DNA of 64,000 nt, taken from Arenicellales bacterium (lineage in GTDB: Bacteria > Pseudomonadota > Gammaproteobacteria > Arenicellales > JAJDZL01). Positions 57,400-64,000 of this stretch are shown here, piece by piece. Each line of letters starts with the position of its first letter. The stretch's first letter is position 1. A model generated the notes under the pieces. The model did no database searches. It saw only the letters and a list, made by a program, of their open reading frames with translations, and had not been told where the DNA came from. The position numbers and the translations under genes were made by a program. The DNA lies in the NCBI GenBank assembly GCA_965232345.1, contig OZ246969.1:168-64167 (forward strand), in the 5' to 3' direction.

Positions 57400-58730
57400 T
57401 GCATCACCTCACCCACTGTAAGAAATGAGCCGAATACCACCACTCGGTCAGCCGCGTCGATCGTTGAAAAAATCGATTCCATGCCCGATCTGGCATCAAA
57501 GTGCAGTTTGATGTCAGTCTTGTCGGACAGCGCCGGCTGCACCCGTCGATGAAGCTGTCTCGCCGTGATGCCGCGCTCATCGTGGATACCGCACAGATGC
57601 CACTCGTCGAATCTGTCTTTGACCGACTCGATCATCAGTTCAATGGGCTTTTCAGACAGCGCCGCCATCAACGCGATGCTTTTGCCGGCAACTGTGTTCT
57701 GACTGAGAAATTCTGCGAGCTCCCTGATTGATTCGATGTTGTGCGCAACATCAAGCAGAATCTGCGGATTCTCCTGCAAGATCTGCAGCCGGCCTTCCAG
57801 TCGCGTCTTTGCAATGCCGCTGCGAATGGCATCGTCAGAGATGTCGAAATGATGTCTTGCCAGCAAAGCTGCGGCGACTGCGCCGGCTGCGTTCTCCTGC
57901 TGGCATCGCCCGGGTATGGGCGGATTCGGAATGCCGGGCAGTTCATACCGCGCATCTTCAGAATTCAGACATAAAGACCAGTCCGCCGAATCGGATTGCG
58001 AAATGAAATCCTCCCCGAGCACGTAGAGTTTGAGGGACAGTTCATCGGCAGCTTTGCGGACGGATTCCGGCAGATCGGAATCCGTGCAGACAGCAATTTG
58101 ATCGGAACGCAATATTCCGGCTTTTTCGCAACCGATCTGCTCCCGCGTATTGCCCAGCCACTTCTCATGATCCGTACCGATTGAGGTGATGCAGGCGATA
58201 TCAGCGTCCAGGATGTTCACCGCATCCTTGCGTCCGCCCAGCCCCACTTCCAATATCGCCACGTCAACATCACGCTGGATGAAATAATCGATGGCGATTG
58301 CGGTGCCATACTCGAAGTATGTCAATGGCACATCACCCCGCAAAGATTCGACGCGCTGAAACTCCTCCAGCACATCAGAATCCGAAATCGGAACACCGTC
58401 GACGACAAATCTCTCATTGAACTCAACAAGATGTGGGGATGTGTAAAGCCCAGTCGAATAACCCGCGCGCCTGAATATCGATTCCAGCATGTGTGAGACT
58501 GAACCCTTCCCATTGGTGCCCGCGACACTGATCACCCGAAACGGCACATTGTGACCGGTGATGCGATCGATGACAGTTCGGACCCGATCCAAGGTGAGAT
58601 CCATCGTCCGATAGTGAAGCCTCTGGATGTAGCCGGTCCAGTCATTCAAATCCCTCTTCTGCCGCTCTGTCTCAAGCTGCAGGTTGATCACGCTCCGCTC
58701 GGGCTGCGGCATCGGGCGTTCAGTGCGCAT
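57366..58730 (-). CDS. folC: Bifunctional folylpolyglutamate synthase/dihydrofolate synthase
   Basis: [12 protein letters not shown]-loop and Mur-ligase-type blocks. The N-terminal start is uncertain. Confidence 0.9.
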   Translation of the reverse strand: MRTERPMPQPERSVINLQLETERQKRDLNDWTGYIQRLHYRTMDLTLDRVRTVIDRITGHNVPFRVISVAGTNGKGSVSHMLESIFRRAGYSTGLYTSPHLVEFNERFVVDGVPISDSDVLEEFQRVESLRGDVPLTYFEYGTAIAIDYFIQRDVDVAILEVGLGGRKDAVNILDADIACITSIGTDHEKWLGNTREQIGCEKAGILRSDQIAVCTDSDLPESVRKAADELSLKLYVLGEDFISQSDSADWSLCLNSEDARYELPGIPNPPIPGRCQQENAAGAVAAALLARHHFDISDDAIRSGIAKTRLEGRLQILQENPQILLDVAHNIESIRELAEFLSQNTVAGKSIALMAALSEKPIELMIESVKDRFDEWHLCGIHDERGITARQLHRRVQPALSDKTDIKLHFDARSGMESIFSTIDAADRVVVFGSFLTVGEVMQWYRGEFAGKA

Positions 58731-59601
58731 GGCCTTTCGAACTGGTGTTGTTCAGCATCAGAATCGCGAGCATTGAGTGAATGGAATTGCGAAGCTCTCT
58801 TCGGTCAACCACCATGTCAAGCGCGCCATGCTCAAGATGAAATTCCGCCCGTTGAAAATCGTCCGGCAAGGACTCGCGCACGGTCTGCTCAACCACCCTG
58901 CGACCCGCGAAACCGATCAGCGCCTTCGGCTCAGCAATGATAATATCGCCCAGCATGGCCAGGCTCGCGGTCACTCCGCCCATCGTCGGATCGGTCAGAA
59001 CCGAAATGTAAGGCAGCCCCGCGGCATTGAGCCGGTCGACGGCCGCGGTTGTCTTCGCCATCTGCATCAGCGAGAACATCGACTCCTGCATCCGCGCCCC
59101 GCCGCTTGCTGAAAAGCACACAAAAGGCGATCGGCGCTCAACACTGGCATCAACACCGTTCATAAATCTCTCACCGACAACCGATCCCATCGAGCCGCCT
59201 AGAAACTCAAAATCGAAAGCCGCCACAACGATCGGCATCTCATTCAGCTTGCCGGTGTAAACGGCCAAAGCGTCATAGCGGCCGGTTTTCTTCTGCGCTT
59301 CAGACAGCCGATCCTTGTACTTTTTTCGATCTCGAAATTTCAGCTTGTCAACCGCTTTGACCTCGCCTTCCAATGGCTCTGCGGAGCCCTTGTCAAGAAA
59401 TGACTCGATGCGCTCGACCGCATTGACGCGCATATGGTGACCGCATTTGGGACAGACTTTCAGATTGTGCTCCAATTCGACCTGATACAGCACCGCCGAG
59501 CATTCAGGGCATTTGACCCAGATGCCCTCTGGCACCCCTTTCTTTGAAAGCCGCCCGCCGGATTTGATCTTCGGCGGCAGCAAGTCGGTGAACCAGTTCA
59601 T
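58720..59601 (-). CDS. accD: Acetyl-CoA carboxylase carboxyltransferase subunit beta
   Basis: Zinc ribbon CPECSAVLY…CPKCGHH and the carboxyltransferase domain [10 protein letters not shown]…SGGARMQE. Confidence 0.95.
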   Translation of the reverse strand: MNWFTDLLPPKIKSGGRLSKKGVPEGIWVKCPECSAVLYQVELEHNLKVCPKCGHHMRVNAVERIESFLDKGSAEPLEGEVKAVDKLKFRDRKKYKDRLSEAQKKTGRYDALAVYTGKLNEMPIVVAAFDFEFLGGSMGSVVGERFMNGVDASVERRSPFVCFSASGGARMQESMFSLMQMAKTTAAVDRLNAAGLPYISVLTDPTMGGVTASLAMLGDIIIAEPKALIGFAGRRVVEQTVRESLPDDFQRAEFHLEHGALDMVVDRRELRNSIHSMLAILMLNNTSSKGHAH

Positions 59602-59619
59602 ATCGTATCTGGATGAAAA

Positions 59620-60303
59620 TCAGTTCAGGCAAGCTGCATTGTTCGCGGATCGCACTGCGGTGACAAACTCTCGAATTGCCGCCTGGTTCTTCACGCCGGG
59701 GCTGAACTCGACACCTGTGCTGACATCGACTGCTGTGGGTCCGACCTTGCTGATGGCTTGCGCGATATTGCCGCTGTGAAGCCCGCCTGCCAGTATGATC
59801 GGCTTACCAACCTGCGGCACATAATCCCATGAGAATGTTCTGCCGGTGCCGCCCACCTTGTCTTTGACATAAGCATCCAGCAGCAGACCGGCTGCTTCAG
59901 GATAGGAATCAACCCCTTTCGCAACCTGGGCCGGATTTCTGACCCGAAGCGCTTTGATGAAAGGCAAGCCTGCCTCTTGGCAGCGCTGTTCGGATTCATC
60001 TCCGTGAAACTGAATGTAGGTTGGCCTGACTTGGCTCACTATCGCATCAAGCAGATCGTCATCTGGGTTCACGACAACGGCAATGGATGCCACTTCAGGC
60101 GGCAGGGAATCGCGGATCGATTTGGCCTTCTGAGCACTGAGATTTCTGCCGCTCGGAGGGTAGAAGATCAAGCCGATCGCCTCAACACCGCATCGGGACG
60201 CGAACAGCGCGTCCTCGATTCGCGTGATTCCACACACTTTGATCTGCGTCGATTGGCTGCCCTGATCGGAATTCGAAGCAAGAAAGCGAGGACTGATATC
60301 CAT
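59620..60303 (-). CDS. trpF: Phosphoribosylanthranilate isomerase
   Basis: KVCGITRIEDA…, LLDAYVKDKVGGTGRTFSW and ILAGGL blocks. Confidence 0.9.
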   Translation of the reverse strand: MDISPRFLASNSDQGSQSTQIKVCGITRIEDALFASRCGVEAIGLIFYPPSGRNLSAQKAKSIRDSLPPEVASIAVVVNPDDDLLDAIVSQVRPTYIQFHGDESEQRCQEAGLPFIKALRVRNPAQVAKGVDSYPEAAGLLLDAYVKDKVGGTGRTFSWDYVPQVGKPIILAGGLHSGNIAQAISKVGPTAVDVSTGVEFSPGVKNQAAIREFVTAVRSANNAACLN

Positions 60304-60701
60304 CGTGCGAAGTTGTTGGCCGCAATTAGTCTGAAACTGGAGGTGTCAAAAGCAGTTCAAACCATGCTTTATCAGTGATTTTGTGATTGGCTCTGTCTGC
60401 TGCTTGCCTGACTCAATTATATTGAATGGACATCAATCGGCGATAGTATTGTGAACTGCAAGCATTTCAATGAGTTGTTTGGTTATCGTCTGACTGGTTG
60501 AGTTGCGCGTGCTGACTCGAATGAACCACGTTCAGCGCGCCTTGCTGAAACTGATTCTGGAATTGAGCTCTCAGTCTTGATGTGCGACGAATGCGCGAGC
60601 AGTGTGACCTGATACTCAATGCCTCAACAGCATCGCTTACAGAATCGGACTTACAGGAGCAGTTCCGCTAAGTCCCACTGCGGTTGAAACAATTCAATTT
60701 C

Positions 60702-60889
60702 GAGGCAGGAACCGAATAGACTGAATTCAAGCCCATTGAAACAGATAGAACAGAAGTTCGCTGTCAAAGCTGCACTTGTGTGATGAAATCTTGAGGCAGG
60801 AACCGAATAGACTGAATTCAAGCCCATTGAAACAGATAGAACAGAAGTTCGCTGTCAAAGCTGCACTTGTGTGATGAAATCTTGAGGCA
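60702..60889. repeat. Perfect 91-bp tandem duplication (2 full units plus the first 6 bp of a third)
   Basis: The unit is GAGGCAGGAACCGAATAGACTGAATTCAAGCCCATTGAAACAGATAGAACAGAAGTTCGCTGTCAAAGCTGCACTTGTGTGATGAAATCTT. It occurs at 60702-60792 and again, identically, at 60793-60883. GAGGCA follows at 60884-60889. Confidence 0.9.
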
Positions 60890-60957
60890 AAGTCATTACC
60901 TGATGAGTTTCAATGATGAATCTGCTTGGTTGATTTTCCGGCTACTGTGTCTCTAGA

Positions 60958-61545
60958 TTACATGTTCTTCAGCCAAAAGTCACTAAGGTCGAAACTGATC
61001 GCATCAAATGGAGGCAGCGAAACCTCTGAATCTTCAAAAAGTGTATCAATCAGCACCCACTCAGAACCGTTCAACTCAAATGCTTGCAGCGAACAGACAT
61101 CGGCATCCACCAGCCAATAGTACCTGACACCCTCGCGGGCGTATACATCCCGTTTGATACCGAGATCGAGTTTACGAGTTTCAGGCGAAAGCAGTTAACA
61201 TGCCCAGTCCGGGGCTGATGTGAAGTAGTCTACGATTGGAAACGTGGGAAATCGCTCGCGTCGCCAACCTGAAAAATTAGGCACAATTACATCCTCGCCG
61301 AAGTGAATTTCTATCCCTCTAAACAGCCACCAGCCTCCAGGTCCGCCTTCTCCCTTCATAAAGGGCCTGTAGATCGAATGCATAAGCCCTGAACCCGCCA
61401 ATGAGTAGATCGGAGCAGGTACTATGTGAGTGTAGAGCACACCGTCAATGATTTCTGCAACCAAGTATTCTGGCAAGTCGATTACATCCTGATAGGTGGC
61501 TGCAGGTTTGGATTTCAAAAAAATATTCGCCATCGATTCACTCAT
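60958..61545 (-). pseudogene. Uma2-family (DUF820) endonuclease gene interrupted by an in-frame TAA
   Basis: The track ORF 61195..61545 ends …FTSAPDWAC*. The same frame continues LLSPETRKLDLGIKRDVYAREGVRYYWLVDADV…FWLKNM* to 60958. The stop replaces the position of the conserved Glu in the remembered PDWxxEVLSPS motif (GAA to TAA). Confidence 0.75.
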
Positions 61546-61759
61546 GCTACTTTTCCTGTAAGAAAGTCTTCATAAAAGAGAGTGAATTATCAACGCTTTG
61601 AGACTGGAAATCACACCCAGACGCACCAAGAGTCGTAGTTCGAACTCAACTGTTGAATTTAATTTGTAGGACAGACGGCAAGGTGCGCGTAACTTTGACT
61701 ATAAAATGCAGATAACCACTATTCTGAAGTCAAAACCCAATTTCATCTCTGGTTTTGGA

Positions 61760-63604
61760 TCAAGCGGGTGAAACAATTGCCGGCAAAACATCTTCGCCAT
61801 TCAGCATTCGTTGTTGACTTTCTAAGTCCCTCTTAAATTCAGCACGTCTCGAGTAAAGATACGTCCAGCTTGAAAACTCTTTGAATCTCAATTGATTCCG
61901 TGCTTCATCTAAATTCTCCTGAGCCTTCTCAAAATCGGAAAGCGCCCAGTAAACAAGACTCATACACTGGCTGAAATTAGCACCACTGCTTCTTTTTTGA
62001 TCGACAATTTCTGCCAGATACTTGAAATCTTCTATAGGAACAATTTGTGTTTTACCCCATTGTGCCATCGCAAGATTGAAAACATTTGGAATACTCCATT
62101 CGTAATCTATGTTCGAACTTAACTTCTCAGACCAGTCTATTGCCTCGTCAAATTTTCGTTGACCGATAAGACTCAACATTAGATTATCTTGAGCTTTGAA
62201 AACTATTTTTTGCTCGAACTGTGTTTCATCGCATGCAAGTTGAATACATCGTTGGAGCAACTGCTCGGCCGTCTTTAGATTACGCCGGCGAAAGCTGAAT
62301 AAATCGGCGAGATTTAGTAATTCGATCGGGTCGAGTACCAGCACGCTCTCCCAAGTCACGATAGATTCAAGTTGCTTTAAAACTACAGAATCATCATGAG
62401 ACAAGAGAAAGCGAACTGATTCCTTCAGTTCACGGAAATTAAGATTTTTATGTTTTGTTGCTGCGATTATCGAATTCACTGACTCCTTTTTCTCACCCAG
62501 CCTAGACGCGAATCGTGAGTGCAGTATTAGGTAACTTGGTATGTCTTTGAATCTGTCCCAATTTTCTTTCAGTATTTGGTAGGCTTGTTCTTCGTCATGC
62601 CATCCCAAATGACGAACAACTAAATTCAATATTTCGAAATCGTTTATATGATGGTCTAGAATTCGTTTTAAGTTCTGATCTACTTTGTCGGTCTCATCTT
62701 GATTGCGTTCTTGGTTACCATATGGATTGGATACTACATCCTTCAAATAAAAAATCGCCCCATTTCTATCTTGCGCGTTAAATTTTTGGATCTCCTTTAC
62801 AAGATCGGAGTATTCTGATGCGAGTCTGCTTTTGGGTCGAGAAATTGTGAAAATTTCTTGATTCAACAAAGAAAGATCTTGGTAGTGATGGATAGTGGCG
62901 GCGAGTTTTTTATATTTGAGGTTCTTCTGGAACTCCTGAAGACGGCTCCACAATATGCTGTGCTCATCATCTATATCAGGAACATTGGAGGTGACGAAAT
63001 GCATCACTAATTCTTTACTTCCCTCAATATTCTGCTCTCTGACCCGATCAACTATTGGAATCAGCCCAGATAAATTCTGTCTATTTGGAAAAAATAGTAA
63101 AACAACGGCATCGGGAATTTGGCGCGTACAGATGCTGCCAACATCAGTGTGTCCGGTACGAGAGTCAATGAGTACATAATCTGGATTAAGCGATTTCTTC
63201 CACTGGGCCTTGAGGTTTTCGAAAAGAAAGTAGCCATCATTAAAATCGTAAAGATCTCTCCAATTTATCGAATTGAGTCGCTGATGGTAATTTTTCTTTC
63301 GTTCACCTGCTGGCATTAACCATAAAGTGCCATTGGCTTCACTGTTGAAAGAACCTTTATGGACATAGTCATCCAACTCCGGTGCGATTTCAGTATTCAG
63401 GTATTTAGTGACATAATCGACTAGACCTTTGCGCGTTTTGCCTGCCTCCCAGTCCAAACTGAATGTATCGAGTCCAGGAGCTTCAAGGTCGAAGTCAACC
63501 AATAGCACACGTTTTTTTTGCTCAACCAGGTGGGCGGCGCAATTCATCATTGCGATCGAGCGACCGACACCACCCTTAAATGAATAAAAAGTTACTACAT
63601 ACAT
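61760..63604 (-). CDS. KGGVGR-variant ParA/MinD-like P-loop ATPase fused to a roughly 330-aa helical-repeat (TPR-like) C-terminal region
   Basis: 614 aa. The N-terminus VVTFYSFKGGVGRSIAMMNCAAHLV…VLLVDFDLEAPGL…VLIDSRTGHTD is a deviant Walker A with Arg in place of the second Lys. The C-terminal half is rich in helical repeats. Confidence 0.8.
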   Translation of the reverse strand: MYVVTFYSFKGGVGRSIAMMNCAAHLVEQKKRVLLVDFDLEAPGLDTFSLDWEAGKTRKGLVDYVTKYLNTEIAPELDDYVHKGSFNSEANGTLWLMPAGERKKNYHQRLNSINWRDLYDFNDGYFLFENLKAQWKKSLNPDYVLIDSRTGHTDVGSICTRQIPDAVVLLFFPNRQNLSGLIPIVDRVREQNIEGSKELVMHFVTSNVPDIDDEHSILWSRLQEFQKNLKYKKLAATIHHYQDLSLLNQEIFTISRPKSRLASEYSDLVKEIQKFNAQDRNGAIFYLKDVVSNPYGNQERNQDETDKVDQNLKRILDHHINDFEILNLVVRHLGWHDEEQAYQILKENWDRFKDIPSYLILHSRFASRLGEKKESVNSIIAATKHKNLNFRELKESVRFLLSHDDSVVLKQLESIVTWESVLVLDPIELLNLADLFSFRRRNLKTAEQLLQRCIQLACDETQFEQKIVFKAQDNLMLSLIGQRKFDEAIDWSEKLSSNIDYEWSIPNVFNLAMAQWGKTQIVPIEDFKYLAEIVDQKRSSGANFSQCMSLVYWALSDFEKAQENLDEARNQLRFKEFSSWTYLYSRRAEFKRDLESQQRMLNGEDVLPAIVSPA

Positions 63605-63616
63605 TCTTCGCTGACC

Positions 63617-64000
63617 TCAAAGGGCGAAAGCTTGTCTATATCGCTTGAATTTACTCGAATCTCCATTGATGGCCGAAAACTTTTGATCAACAGATATCAC
63701 ATCTTCAGCTTTCGAAGCTCTAAATGACAGAGCGTCAAGATTGCCCGATATACCAATCAAGTAAAGAAAATTGTCCATGGCGGGGTTTTGAATACTTCCC
63801 CCTTTTTCCCATCTGTTTATTGAAGCAACTCCTATTCCTGTCTTTTCGGCAAACTCATTTTGGGTAAGTCCAAATATCTCGCGAATTCCACGGACTTCTG
63901 AAGGTGTCATGACTTTCAAATATTTACAAACAGCATCATGCTCGATTTTCGCCGCCTCCGGAGTTGTGAAATCAATGTCGCAGGCACTGCAATGGTGAAC
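63617..64000 (-). CDS. Zinc-finger plus HTH (MqsA/YgiT-like, XRE-type) DNA-binding protein; 5' end lies outside the window
   Basis: The reading frame is open to the window edge (…VHHCSACDIDFTTPEAAKIEHDAVCKYLKVMTPSEVRGIREIFGLTQNEFAEKTGIGVASINRWEKG…). A Cys-containing region precedes an XRE-type HTH. The stop lies 12 nt before the ATPase start. Confidence 0.7.
   Translation of the reverse strand, partial: VHHCSACDIDFTTPEAAKIEHDAVCKYLKVMTPSEVRGIREIFGLTQNEFAEKTGIGVASINRWEKGGSIQNPAMDNFLYLIGISGNLDALSFRASKAEDVISVDQKFSAINGDSSKFKRYRQAFAL

Noticed and set aside
60670-60930. Possible mini-CRISPR array, suggested by the ATTGAAAC repeat-end-like motif recurring at regular spacing
   Set aside because: The whole 91-bp units are identical, so the would-be spacers are identical too. 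There are only two units, no cas genes are in the window, and the flanking TTGAAAC copies do not share a full repeat.

Overview
This 64 kb window looks like a marine gammaproteobacterial chromosome, judged from Pseudomonas/Cellvibrio-like synteny. Housekeeping blocks alternate with accessory islets. Core blocks are trpF-accD-folC-SPOR-cvpA-purF with lpxH, cysS, ilvIHC-psd-pssA then leuA, a UDG/mltD/methyltransferase/rnhA/dnaQ/crcB block, and a 10-gene Mrp-type cation/proton antiporter cluster. A catabolic/transport region at 0-26 kb carries a ProX-like binding protein, a DUF1116-amidase pair, an MscS-like/MgtE-N-CBS/MgtE operon, an M24 hydrolase, a PotD/B/C-type importer with no ATPase gene, a TauD-family dioxygenase, a GMC oxidoreductase, an M19 dipeptidase and a second amidase. 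The items most worth a second look are listed here. (1) A type-II tRNA has a Leu-like body, a 26-nt variable arm and an apparent CGC (Ala-codon) anticodon. (2) An orphan NHLP-leader RiPP precursor with an 8-residue core lies in an AT-rich islet between pssA and leuA. (3) A zf-HTH (MqsA-like) gene and a KGGVGR-variant ParA-like ATPase with a helical-repeat tail form an operon at the right window edge, next to an inactivated Uma2 nuclease gene. (4) A minus-strand run encodes an M19 dipeptidase, a 575-aa unknown protein, a 512-aa ImmA/IrrE-type HExxH protein and an RHH-PIN pair. (5) A visibly GC-rich 2.4 kb IS-like element carries an ATGA-coupled Dam-like methyltransferase and DDE transposase, has 13-bp terminal inverted repeats and 15-bp direct repeats, and sits between psd and pssA. 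(6) Two inverted copies of a roughly 50-bp palindromic element lie 33.8 kb apart. Also noted are a candidate Leu-rich leader peptide upstream of leuA, an Rpn-family gene with an internally deleted paralog, and a perfect 91-bp tandem duplication. All functional calls come from reading motifs in the translated ORFs and from memory of protein families. No database search was run.
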